A model generated the notes under the pieces. That model worked only from the letters and a program-made list of their open reading frames with translations. It was not told the DNA's origin and ran no database searches. Shown here in pieces: positions 1 through 12,100 of a DNA stretch of 45,693 nucleotides. Positions within the stretch are counted from its first letter, which is position 1; each line of letters opens with the position of its first letter. Source of the stretch: Chiloscyllium plagiosum (lineage: Eukaryota); the NCBI RefSeq assembly GCF_004010195.1, contig NC_057751.1:11296955-11342647 (forward strand), in the 5' to 3' direction. Position numbers and translations under genes: made by a program.

Positions 1-92
1 CTTCCAAATAAACCTGTTGGACCACAACCTTGTGTTGTGTGATTTTTGTAACTTTGTAAACCCCAGTCCAACACCAGCACGACCTCACCATG
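1..92 (+). mobile_element. Terminal fragment of a dispersed repeat, probably Penelope-like (second copy 216-307)
   Basis: CTTCCAAATAAACCTGTTGGAC..AACC..GTGTTGTGTGATTTTT..AACTTTGT..ACCCCAGTCCAACACC resembles a common shark repeat terminus (recalled, not searched). Confidence 0.45.
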
Positions 93-431
93 ACTTTAAG
101 GGGAACACATAGGATAAAAAGGCGAAATCTGTTTCTGACTCTAGGACTAAAATACAAGGTCTAAAATTTGGAGCCACACCTCTCCTGAGGTAGGGGGACC
201 CCTAGGGGAGCCCATCTTCCAAATAAACCTGTTGGACCACAACCTTGTGTTGTGTGATTTTTGTAACTTTGTAAACCCCAGTCCAACACCAGCACGACCT
301 CACCATGACTTTAAGGGGAACACATAGGATAAAAAGGCGAAATCTGTTTCTGACTCTAGGACTAAAATACAAGGTCTAAAATTTGGAGCCACACCTCTCC
401 TGAGGTAGGGCGTACCCCTAGGGGAACCCAT
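1..431. repeat. Direct tandem duplication, period 215 bp (1-215 / 216-431)
   Basis: CTTCCAAATAAACCTGTTGGACC starts at 1 and again at 216. The copies look identical except in the last ~25 nt. Confidence 0.95.
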
Positions 432-479
432 CCAACAAGGCCATATGGATAGGACTCAATAATAGGAAGGGTCCCATCA

Positions 480-1125
480 GTTTGATGGGATTGTACTGCA
501 GACCCGCCAACAGCCAGCAGGAGATAGAGGAACAGATATGTGGACAAATAATGTTAAGACAACAGGGTTATTGTGGAAGGTGATCTTAACCTCCCCTGTG
601 TTGACTGGGACTCATTTACTGTTGAGAATGTGGTGCTGGAAAAGCACAGCAGGTCAGGCAGTGTCCGAGGAGCAGGAGAATCAACGTTTTGAGCATAAGC
701 CCTTCATCAGGATTCCTGATGAAGGGCTTATGACTGAAGCATCGATTTTCCTGCTCCTCGGATGCTGCCTGACCTGCTGTGCTTTTCCAGCACCACACTC
801 TCCACTCTGATCTCCAGTATCTGCAGTCCTCACTTTCTCCCTGGGACTCAGTTAGCGCCAGGAATCTGGGGGGTGGATGGGGGTGTTGGAATTTGTTAGG
901 TGTTTCCAGAACAGTTTTTGGAAACAGTAGCTGAATAGTCCAATTAAGGAAGGGGCCATACTTGACCTGAATATTGGGGAATAAGCTGAGCCAGGTGATC
1001 AAAGGAGAGTATTTTAGGAACAGTGATCACAATTCCATAAGTTTAACGTTAGTTATGGATACAGATAAGAGTTGTCCTCAGGGAAGGCTAACTGCCACAA
1101 TATTAGACAAGAACTTGGGAATGTA
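480..1125 (+). mobile_element. Decayed CR1 LINE ORF2, endonuclease region (interrupted at 624-840)
   Basis: Manual translation gives RVIVEGDLNLPCVDWDS (~564-614), an AILDL-ILGN-like segment (~955-980) and SDHNS (~1022-1036). These match the GDFN, LDL and SDH motifs of APE endonucleases. Confidence 0.8.
624..840. mobile_element. Penelope-like terminal fragment in inverted (palindromic) arrangement
   Basis: ~89-bp imperfect inverted repeat centred at 713 (CATCAGGA-T-TCCTGATG). Flanked by CTGGGACTCA at 605-614 and 841-850, a probable TSD. Confidence 0.75.
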
Positions 1126-1129
1126 GATT

Positions 1130-1649
1130 TGGGTGGAGTATTGAAGGTAAATCCACAGGCAAGTTGGAAACTTTTCAAACCTAGGGTTTTAGTTCTGCTT
1201 TCAGTTGTTGAAGTTGTGGTTTTGGGACTGAAGCGGCAAGATACAGCTGTCTCTCTGCTGCCACAAACGGCTTGAATTCTGTCCTTGCTGGATTCATTCT
1301 GCCTGTGTTCCTTCTGGAATGGAAGGAGATCGTAAGTAAGGGAAATTTGGTTTGCCCAATTGGCCTTTGCCAAGGGTGTGTCTGTGAGATGCTGCTCTAT
1401 TAGAACAGTTAATGAGTAGTGGTTAAATAATTTTTTTTTTAAAGTTTTTAAATAAAGTTAAATTTATGCCTTTTTTCGTTTGTGTTTTAATTTAGTGTAA
1501 GGATTAAACGTTTTCTGCTTAAAACCTAATAGTTTGATCAATCAAATCTGGATCACAATGCCTAACACTTGCCTTTTAAACAAGTTAAAAGTTAGGGTGT
1601 AGGCTATCTCCTTGATAAGCTTTAAGGGGGTTTCGTCTGGTCCATAACA
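1130..1649 (+). mobile_element. Probable LTR remnant between CR1 segments
   Basis: Non-CR1 sequence between the CR1 endonuclease and RT regions, ending GTCTGGTCCATAACA (LTR-like CA terminus). The 5' boundary is unclear. Confidence 0.4.
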
Positions 1650-2770
1650 AGTGACAAAGATGATTGATGAGGGTAGAGGGCTGGATGTTGTCTACACGGA
1701 TGTTAGGAAAGCGTTTTGCATGATTCCTCATGGCAAGCTGATCCAGATGGTGAGGTAACATGTGATCCATGGTGAGCTAGTAAGATGGCTACAGAACTGG
1801 CTTGGTCATAGAAGACAGAGGGTAATGGTAGCAGGGTACTTTTCCAACTGGACATCTCTGACTCATGATGTTCCACGGGGATCCGTGCTAGGATCCCTGT
1901 AGTTTATAATTTATATAGAAATGATTTGGCGGAGAGTGTAGGTAGTCTGAATAGTAACTTTGCAGACAACACCAAGATGTGCTGTTCCTCATTCCTGATG
2001 AAGGGCTTATGCCTGAAACGTCAATTCTCCTGCTCCTTGGATGCTGCCTGACCTGCTGTGCTTTTCCAGCACCACAATCTCGACTCTGATCTCCAGCATC
2101 TGTAGTCCTCACTTTCTCCTAGTTTGCTGGAAGTGGCAACACAAGTGGATAAGGTGGTAAACAAGACATACAGCATACTTACCTTCATCAGTCAGGGCAT
2201 AGAGTGTAAAAATTGGCAAGGCATGTTGCAGCCGGATGTGGAATATTGCGTCCAGTTCTGGTCACCACACTATCAGAAAGATGTGGAGGCTTTGAAGAGG
2301 GTACAGAAAAGATTCTCCAGAATGTTTCCTGATTTGGAGGCTATTAGTTATGAGGAGACATTGGACCCACTCTGATTGTTTCCACTTGAACATTGGAGGC
2401 TGAGTGGTGACCTAATGGAAGTTGACAAAATGATGGAAAGCATTGATAGAATGGTTAGTTGGAGTTTCTTTCCCAGGGTAGAAATGTCAATTACAAGGGG
2501 ATTTAGGTTTAAGGTAAAAGAGGGAAAGTTTAGAGGAGATGTGAGAGGCAAATGTTTTTCACACAGAGTGTGGTAAGTGCCTGGAATGTGCTTCCAGAAG
2601 GGGTGGCACAGGTGGATACAATAACAATGTTTAAGAGGTATCTTGACAATTACATGAATAAACAGGGATTACAGAGATATGGACCGCACAGAGGCAAAAG
2701 GTCTTTGGCTGAGAAATCTGTCATGTGTCAGTATAGGCTTGGTGGGCCAAAGACGCTGTTCTTTGTTCTG
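1650..2770 (+). mobile_element. Decayed CR1 LINE: RT region, ORF2 C-terminus and 3' UTR
   Basis: FADNTK (~1959-1976); EYCVQFWSPHYQKDVEALKRVQKRFSRM (ORF 2124-2375); RLSGDLMEV and FFTQSVVSAWNVLP. All are typical CR1 ORF2 C-terminal motifs. Confidence 0.9.
1984..2121 (+). mobile_element. Penelope-like terminal fragment nested in CR1
   Basis: CTCATTCCTGATGAAGGGCTTATGCCTGAAACGTC...GGATGCTGCCTGACCTGCTGTGCTTTTCCAGC, same family as 624-840 and 35571-35873. Confidence 0.75.
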
Positions 2771-3139
2771 TCGGTGAAACTTTAGGCAAACTCTTCTGCT
2801 GCTGGAGCTGGAGAACTTGAAGGTGGAATGCTATTTGATGAAGTAGGGTGATGTTGCACCCACACCATTCACCGACTGCCAAAACCCTTCAACCCCAGCT
2901 CATCACCTCAGGGGTCAGGGCAGGCGGTGGGAAGGTAGCTGCTCCCTCAGTGCCCGGATCAGGAGCTGGACATCAGGACCTTACCTGCCCCCATCCTCAC
3001 AAATCCCAACCGAAGAACAACACCCAGTACCCCACCCATCCTGCACAGTGCCTGCCCCTNCCCCCCCCCCACCGTGAGATTTGGGAGTCCGGACTCAATC
3101 TTCCTGCAGCAACTACAGTCTTCTTTTTACACCTGAAAT

Positions 3140-3221
3140 GGTGACTTCTGCCTCTCCTGATGCTGCCTGGCTTGCTGTGTTCTTCCAACCTCCTGCCTGT
3201 CTCCCAGCATCTGCAGTCCCT
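3140..3221 (+). mobile_element. Degenerate Penelope-like terminal fragment
   Basis: GATGCTGCCTGGCTTGCTGTGTTCTTCCA...CCAGCATCTGCAGTCC matches other copies in the window. Confidence 0.55.
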
Positions 3222-3679
3222 GACAGTTTTCTTTGTGGCAAGTACTGGGGGGACTTCCATTCTCAGGATCTTCACTCCAGGGTAAGTCCCCACCGGCACT
3301 TGGTTGGTGTGTGGTTGCGTGGTTTGGTGAGCCTTCCCATGGTCCTCCAGGCAACTGAATAAGCCCCCTGCCTTCTCAATAACATCCTGCTGATGGAAAG
3401 ACTCTCGCACATACAAATTGTTGGACAAGTCTGGAATAGTCATCTCCAAACTGCAATACCTGTCAGATAAATTCTTCGCTTTAAAACTGAGGTTGATAGA
3501 CTTCTCTTTGTGAACGTCTGTATTCAAAATTAAGACCTTACAGGTGGTGGTTGTATATGTGTCTGAGCACATAACACTGATTAGTCAATAAGCTTTGTGC
3601 ACAAAGGAGGGAATTTTAACTTTCCGTCAGACTGACTGTCTTGAACCTGTATTGAGATTGCTGACCAAAGTAATAAGGG

Positions 3680-4460
3680 ACATGAGAACATCAAAGTAGG
3701 CCATTTGGCCCCTCAAGCCTCTCCCAGATTTCATTAAGATCACGGCTGATCTGCCCCAGACACCAACTTCCCTTCTGTGTCAGCTCCTCACAACCTTCAA
3801 CACGCCAATGTTTCAAAAACCTACTTATCTCCTCTCCAAATACCTCAGTGTTCAAGCCTCTCTGAGGGAGACAATTCTGCTCCTCACTACTTCCTGGGAG
3901 AAGGATTTCCTCTGGACCTCAGTTTGAAATGCTTGTTCCCTTGTTCTGTAACTGTGTACCATAGACTGAGTTAGCCCCACTCGCAGAAGCATCTTTTCCA
4001 AATCACAACCCTTTCACGCCCCCTCAGAATCTGGAAAAACTCAGCAGGGCTGGCAGCATCTGTGGAGAGACAAAGCAGAGGTAACGTTTGGGGTCTAGTG
4101 ACCTTTCTTCATCACCTTTCTGTATTTCGTTTGAACCGTGTCCAATGCTGGTACAGTATATCCTTTCTTAAATACAGATACCAACGTTGTGGCCTCACTG
4201 ATAGCCTGTAACAAGACTTCTCTGTTTTTAAACTCTAGTCCATAAGCAAGGAAGATCAAATTGCCTTCTGTAATTAGTTACATGCTCACTTTTGTGCACA
4301 AGAACACCTAGACCCCTCTGCACCGCATTTGTTTGGAGTCTCTCTCCATTTAAATAATAGTCTGTGTTTTGATTTGTCCTATCAAACTGCGCAACTTTTT
4401 GCTATAATCAACTCCATGGTTTTGTTCACTCAGTCAACCTATCTGTAGCACTTTGCAAAT
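3680..4460 (-). mobile_element. Old CR1 3' portion with a nested Penelope-like fragment (4031-4115)
   Basis: AGTAGGCCATTTGGCCCCTCAAGCCT...GATCACGGCTGATC is the CR1 3' UTR in reverse, similar to the ends at 18420 and 45385. Confidence 0.6.
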
Positions 4461-4479
4461 AAACAACAATTTTACTTTC

Positions 4480-4950
4480 TCACTTTTCCTTAAATGTGGA
4501 CAGTGCTGGCAAAGCGACATCCATTACCCTCTCACCCTACTGCTGACCATCACCAATAGCTGCTACCTTCCTTGTGGTGAGGGTGCTCCACGTTGGGTAT
4601 GTAAGGTTGTGTGCATTACAGACAAGCCCACAAACAAATTTTATTCCCCATTTGTTCATGTGATTTGGCAATTGGTGCCTGGGCCCATTCCTAATTGCCC
4701 TGGTAAAGGTGGCGGTAAGCTGCCTTCTCAAGCTGTCGTTGTTTGTGTGCTGCAGGAGCAGTCACTATGCTGAAAGCGGAGGAGTTCCAGGATTTTGACC
4801 CACTGACAGTGAAGGAGCAGTGATGAATTCCCAAATCAGGGTGGTGAGTGACTTGGAGGGGAACGTGCAGGCAGTGCTGTTCCCAGATTTCTGCTGCCCT
4901 TGTCTCACTATACTGGAGTGATCCCAGGTCTGAAAGGTGCTGTTAAAGGA
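4480..4950 (-). mobile_element. CR1/L2-group LINE 3' end (family of 44160-44900)
   Basis: GGAGTTCCAGGATTTTGACCCA..GACAGTGAAGGA..GACTTGGAGGGGAAC aligns by eye with 44295-44385. Confidence 0.7.
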
Positions 4951-5789
4951 GGCACGTCAGATCATTATCAACGGGAAACATCACCAGGCGGATTCTTTTT
5001 TCAGGGCTCGCATTCTGGAAGGGCAAGGTGTGTGCCCACCGTTCCCCTGGCTCTTTCCATTTTATCCCAGTTTGTTGGGTCATACAGGTCAGTAAACAAA
5101 GAGAAGACAAACAGACATTCAAGTCAGGGTAGGGGCGGTGGGGTGGGGGGGTAGTTGGTGAGAGCAGCATGGGGACTACTTTGGGAAAGATATGAAGAAG
5201 GGTGGGGATAGGTGAGGCCATGACAGAATGAGAATAATACATCGCAGTTGTCAGTGACTTTGAGTCAATGTCAATGTCTCAGGATTGGTGAGATTGGTAA
5301 GTGGGACTTGACTGATGGTCTTTTTGGAGGGTTGGAAGAGATATCATTAAAACGTGAGTCTGGAACTTCAGTACTTCATGTTTTACAACACTCCAACTGT
5401 GTTGCTCTTTATTTACTGTCATGTCTGAACAGCTTGCCTCACTGTGGTTATTTACTTAGTCATAACTGTGTTTGCCCTCTTTTAACTGTTGCAGATAAGA
5501 AAGCTTTGATTTTTGTGTAAACTGATGTATTTGCTCATCCAGCTGTAACCTATTGTTTGAACACTGGATCAAATCCTGAGTGCTTGCTCATGTTGGAGTG
5601 CTGATTTCAGCACCGCCTTCACCTTTCTCATGCCCCTGCTCAGCTCAGCTCAGCTCAGCAACTTCCACCAACAGGAGACAAGTCACCGGCTGCAGGAAAG
5701 CCTGCTGAATGACCTGAGACCTGCTCTGTGTCAGCCCAGCTCATTGACAGCAACAGTGAAAATCCCCCAGCCAACCCCCAAACTCTTGG

Positions 5790-5915
5790 ACGTGGATCAG
5801 ACCTGAAACGTTAACTCTGATTTCTCTTCACTAATGTTGCTAGACCTGCTGAGCTTTTCCGCTAATTTCTGGTTTTGTTTCTGATTTACAGCATCCACAA
5901 TTCATTTGGTTTTTA
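5790..5915 (+). mobile_element. Penelope-like terminal fragment (second subfamily)
   Basis: GACCTGAAACGTTAACTCTG...AGACCTGCTGAGCTTTTCC, similar to 42779-42870 and 4031-4115. Confidence 0.6.
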
Positions 5916-6614
5916 CAGAGAAATCATCCAATTCTGAGAGCTCAATCAGCAAGTCAGTTAGCCATGGTCCAATGGACTATTGGAACAGGCTCCAGCTGCT
6001 GAATGTATTCCTGTCCCTGGATTGCACTCAAGTCTTTTATTCCAGCTTCTGTTGAGCACTTTCCTGGTAATTCGACCAGCAGAGTCCCACTCTACGATTG
6101 AGAGTTCAATATGAAAGCTGTCCGTTTTCTCCCGAGCTGAACTTCTCTTTCACTGTCATTCTCTTTCAGACTTGGTGAATGTCTCCACGCAGATCTACTG
6201 GGAGTCACAGCTGAGCAACAATCTCAGTGCCCAGTGACCATTCATCACTCACCTCTTTAACAAAACCCCAAAGGGTTTCAATATACATATCCAGTGAGGA
6301 ATTCTGGAAAAACTGAGAAAGTGATCGGACTGTGGAACTTACTATCATATGGTCCAGACAAAAATACAATTTCAGAGGGTGTTAAGGTATATACATGATG
6401 AAGAAAGAAATAAGAACTTGGAAGCATTGTAACAGGTCAATTAGCCCATCAAGATAGATTCACCATTCAATGAAATACAACTTCTTGTATCTATATCCTG
6501 TGTGTATATTGATAACTTCTTCAATAGCTTAGAATAACAAAAGTATATAAAATCAGCTTAATTTTGTAACTACATTCCCCAGTGATGGTCACTCCAACCA
6601 GCAACAATCAGTTC

Positions 6615-7145
6615 AAGATCAGTACAGCATGTGAACAGACACTTCGGTCCAACCCATCCATGCAGACCAGATATCCCAACCCAATCTAGACCCACCTGCC
6701 AGCACCCGGCCCATATCCCTCCAAACCCTTCCTATTCATATACCCATCCAGATGCCTTTTAAATGTTGCAATTGTACCAGCCTCCACCACCTTACTCTAG
6801 CAGCTCTTTCCATACACGTAGCTCCCTGTGCATGAAACGCTGCCCTTAGGCCTCTTTTATATCTATTCCCCTCTCACCCGAAACCTATGCCCCTAGTTCT
6901 GGATTCCCGCACCCCAGGGAAGAGACTTCATGTATTTATCCTATCCATGCCCCTCATGATTTTTCAAACCTCTATAAGTTCACCCCTCAGCCTCTGATGC
7001 TCCAGGGAAAACTGACCCCACCTATTCAGCCTCTCCCTTTCACTCAAATGTTCCAACCCTGGCAACATCTTTGTAAATCTTTTCTGAACCCTTTCAAGTT
7101 TCACAACATCTTTCCTGTAGGAGGGAGACCAGAACTGAACATTGT
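6615..7145 (-). mobile_element. Relatively well-preserved CR1 (HER1-like) 3' end
   Basis: The reverse complement contains AGGCTGAGGGGTGAACTTATAGAGGTTTGAAAAATCATGAGGGGCATGGATAGG and matches 28165-28322. Confidence 0.85.
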
Positions 7146-9017
7146 CACAATGTGGGACTTGGCAGGGTCAGGACGAGAGCTACAGCACAGAGAGCCCCTC
7201 CCCCCACCCAGAGACAGCCAGTCAGTGTGATGTTCACATTGAGACAACTGGTAAAGGGAACAGGGGAGGGGTTGGAAGATGGGACACTGTGTCTCTCCCA
7301 ACAGACAGGGCAGTGGGAAGCAGTCTGCTCTCCAGAGAAACAGTTGGGTTCATCACCAAAAGGAGTCATTTTCAGGGGACTGGCACTTTGTGGACAGGTC
7401 TTTGAAAGGGCCAGCATGGATCAGATAGACAGAATGGCCTCCTGCTGTGAATAAATGTCTGGGAGAAGACATCAAATTGCCAGAGTTTACCTGAAAGGAA
7501 GATCCTGACAGAGCCCAGCTGATTTGCAGGGAGATATGAAAGGAGATGGGCACACAGAGACAGAGGGGTCGGATGAGTGGAAGCCGCAGAGCACAGAGAG
7601 TCCTGTTGCATTTTTGGCACAGTAATCATCCCGTGCACTGGTGCTTTCTGACCGCCTGGCCCAGCTTCCTTTTATTTGGAATTCAATAGCATTTCCGAGT
7701 GCAAAAGCAGCTCTCTTGTTCTGTTTGTTACCAAGGAGGCTTCATCCCCTCCGGAAGGAGAGAGCAAATTGTCTAACGTTGCCAAGATGACAATGTGCTT
7801 TGCCCTGTGACCAGTCACTGCAGATTAAGGGCCTGAGGATTTAATCCACTCCGAACTGCAATAACAAATTTCAATTAAGCGAGGCTTTTGGCAGTTGCTG
7901 TGTTTGCTCAGCAGCCACTTCACACTCTGGCCAATGCACCATTTTCTGTCACTATCTGCTGGTTTACAAACCACTGGCCTCCCTCTCCATTGGTCTTTTG
8001 TTTTTGTCTTTGCTTTTTGTTGTAGAATTTCCCGGAGTGAACACGGTGGGTTGTGATTCCCAAGTCACTGGGAAACCCTGTGGATTCTGCCCGAAGTCTC
8101 TGGATCTGGCTGTTGCCATGGGTCCGACACCTGCAATCCCTGAATTGCAGAAAGGAAGATGTTCAAACCTGAAACTGCTCACCAAAGTGCGAGGGAGTGA
8201 GGTCAATTCTCCGGGTTTTTGAGACAAGTTAAAATAGCCAGCACACTTGTTTCTTTGTCTGCTTATTCTGTCAAGTTCTGTGCAAGTCCAGAAGCAGGTT
8301 AAGCCTTAATTTGATTCAAACAAGTTATCTCTCTCAATGAGTACAGGAACACCGAGGACTTCACAGAGACAGTGAACAGAACAGGTTTGAGTGGCTGAAT
8401 AGCCTATTCCTGTCCCCACATTCCTTCTCCTGCATTGAGGTGCTTTCTCAGTGAAGGCTGCATTGGAGCGCCTCCTCCATTCAGAGAATGATCAGCCAGA
8501 ATTCCTGTTCCTGGTCGCTGTCATATCATCTCCACAGGAGAGTGGGTACAACCAGTTAGCAGGTGGCAAGGGAAATAGCTGTGATGACCACAGTGTTGAG
8601 CAGCTCCCTCCACACCCCCTCCCCGCTCCCTGTCTCTGAACAGGAAGCCAGCAGAAGCCCATCAGAAAACAGGAGACACGTCTGAAACAAATAACTTCCA
8701 AAACAAAACCCATGGCCTTCCATGTGTAATCTCTCACTGAAGCTAATGCCAAGTCTGGTAATGCACCAGCCAGACCTGACCCCAACCCCAATGGATATTC
8801 TGGAGATGGCCAAGACGCTAACATTTATGTTTTTACAAAAAGGTATGTTTACGGCAATGTTCCTGATATGATTCGATTTGTGTTCTACTTCGCTTTAATC
8901 AAAACACACTTTATTCTTACGACACAGTTAAAATACAACACAAGGATGAATTGGCATAACTTTAGCCTATTGAAACACTTAACAAGATAATGTATTGTTT
9001 AACCATTAATCTGCTTG

Positions 9018-9152
9018 AAAAACAAAAAATGCTGGAAACCACAGCAGGACAATAGTCCGATGAAGAGTCGTGTCGACTCGAAATATTAGCTTGCTCTCCC
9101 TCCACAGATGCTGACGGGCTCGCTGTGAGCTCCCAGCAATTTTTGTCTGCAG
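9018..9152 (+). mobile_element. Penelope-like terminal fragment with partial inverted end
   Basis: ACAAAAAATGCTGG...CCAGCAATTTTTGT inverted pair around CCGATGAAGAGTC-GTGTC-GACTCGAAA and CTCCACAGATGCTG. Confidence 0.6.
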
Positions 9153-9180
9153 TAATTTCCTCCTCAACTGTTCTAATATG

Positions 9181-12100
9181 GACAGTATCCCAAATACACA
9201 CATTCCATAGCAAAGGCAGTATCCCAGATACACACAAACTCCATAGCAAAGGCAGTATCGCACATATACACACACTCCATAGCAAAGGCAGTATCCCAGA
9301 TACACACACTCCGTAACAAAGGCAGTATCCCATATACACACACTCCAGAGCAAAGGCAATATCCCACATGCACACACTCCTAAACAAAGGCAGTATACCA
9401 TATACACACACTCCGTAGCAAAGGCAGTATCCCAGATACACACACTCCATAGCAAAGGCAGTATCCCATATACACACACTCCGTAACAAAGGCAGTATCC
9501 ATCCCATATACACACACTCCGTAACAAAGGCAGTATCCCAGATACACACACTCCATAACAAAGGCAATATCCCACATGCACACACTCCTAAACAAAGGCA
9601 GTATACCATATACACACACTCCGTAGCAAAGGCAGTATCCCATATACACACACTCCGTAACAAAGTCAGTAACCAAGATACACACACTCCGTAGCAAAGG
9701 CAGTATCCCATATACACACACTCCATAGCAAAGGCAGTATCCAAGATAACACACTCCGTAGCAAAGGCAGTATCCCATATACACACACTCCATAACAAAG
9801 GCAATATCCCACATGCACACACTCCTAAACAAAGGCAGTATACCATATACACACACTCCGTAGCAAAGGCAGTATCCCATATACACACACTCCATAACAA
9901 AGTCAGTATCCAAGATACACACACTCCGTAGCAAAGGCAGTATCCCATATACACACACTCCAAAACAAAGGCAGTATCCCACATACACACACACTCCATA
10001 GCAAAGTCAGGATCCAACATACACACATTCCATAACAAAGGCAGTATCCCAGATACATACACTCCATAGCAAAGGCAATATCCTATATACACACTCTATA
10101 TCAAAGGCAGTATCCCATATACACACACTCCGTAACAAAGTCAGTATCCAATATACACACAGTGCATAGCAAAGGCAGGATCGCACAGACAGACACTCCA
10201 TAGCAAAGGCAGTAACTAAGATACACACACTCCATATCAATTGCAGTATCCCATATACACACACTCCATAACAAAAGCAGTATCCCATATACACACTCTA
10301 TATCAAAGGCAGTGTCCCATATACACACACTCCAAAACAAAGACAGTATCCCACATACACACACACTCCATAGCAAAGGCAGTATCCCATAAACACACAC
10401 TCCATAACAAAGACAGTATCCCACATACACACACACTCCATAACAAAGGCAGTATCCCAGATACATACACTCCATATTTGCAGTATCCCATATACACACA
10501 CTCCATAACAAAAGCAGTATCCCATATACACACTCTATATCAAAGGCAGTGTCCCATATACACACACTCCAAAACAAAGGCAGTATCCCACATACACACA
10601 CACTCCATAGCAAAGTCAGGATCCAACATACACACATTCCATAACAAAGGCAGTATCCCAGATACATACACTCCATAGCAAAGGCAATATCCTATATACA
10701 CACTCTATATCAAAGGCAGTATCCCATATACACACACTCCTTGGCAAAGGCAGTATCGCAGATACACCCACTCCATAATTAATGCAGTATCCCATATACA
10801 CACATCCTCAATAGCAAAGGGAGTATCCCATATACACACACTCCATAGCAAAGGCAATTTCGCAGATACACACACTCCATAACTAAGGCAGTATCCCACA
10901 TACACACATACTCTATAGCAAAGGCAGTATCCTATACACACACACTCCTTATCAAAGGCACACTCCATAGCAAAGTCAGTATTGCTGATACACACACTCC
11001 ATAACTAAGGCAGTACCCCACATACACACATACTCTATAGCAAAGGCAGTATCCTATACACTCACACTCCTTATCAAAGGCAGTATCTCATATACACACA
11101 TATCATATTGAAGACAGTATCCCAGATACACACATTCCACAGCAAAGGCAGTATCCCATATACACACACTCCACAGCAAAGGCAGTATCCCATATACACA
11201 TACTCCATAGCAAAGGCAGTATCCCAGATACACACACTCCATAACAAAGGCAGTATCCCATATACACACACTCCATAACAAAGGCAGTATCCCATATACA
11301 CATACACCATAGCAAAGGCAGTATCCTCGATACACGCATTCGATAACAAATGCAGTATCCCATTTACATGCACACTCCATAGCAAAGGCAGTATCCCATA
11401 TACACACACAACATATCAAAGACAGATCCCAGATACACACACTCCATAGCAAAGGCAGTGTCCTATATACACTCTCTATGTCAAAGGCAGTATCGCAGAT
11501 ACACACACTCCATAACAAAGGCAGTATCACACATATACACACACTCCATAGCAAAGGCAGTGTCCTATATACACACTCGGTATCAAAGGCAGTATCCCAT
11601 CTACACATATTCCATATCGAAGGCAGTATCCCAGATACACACACTCCATAACAAAGGCAGTATCCCATATACACATACTCCATAGCAAAGGCAGTATCCA
11701 GATACACACACTCCACAGCAAAGGCAGTATCCCAGATACACACACACTATAACAAAGGCAGTTCCAAGATACACACACTCCATAACAAAGGCAGTATCCC
11801 ATGTATATACACGATAGCAAAGGCAGTATCCCATATACACATACTCCATAGCAAAGGCAGTATCCCAGATACACGCAATGATAACAAAGGCAGTATCCCA
11901 TATACACACACTCCATAGCAAAGGCCGTTTCCAAGATATACACACTCCATAGCAAAGGCAGTATCCCATATACATGCATTCGATAACAAATGCAGTATCC
12001 CAGATACATGCACACACCACAGCAAAAGCAGTATCCCATATACACATACTCCAGAACAAAGGCAGTATCCCACATACACACACACTCCATAGCAAAGGCA

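Noticed and set aside
538..1002. Opposite-strand ORFs with near-identical peptides (WCWKSTAGQA...)
   Set aside because: An artefact of the palindromic Penelope-like insert.
3055..3070. Poly-C run containing an N
   Set aside because: A sequencing ambiguity in a homopolymer, not a biological signal.
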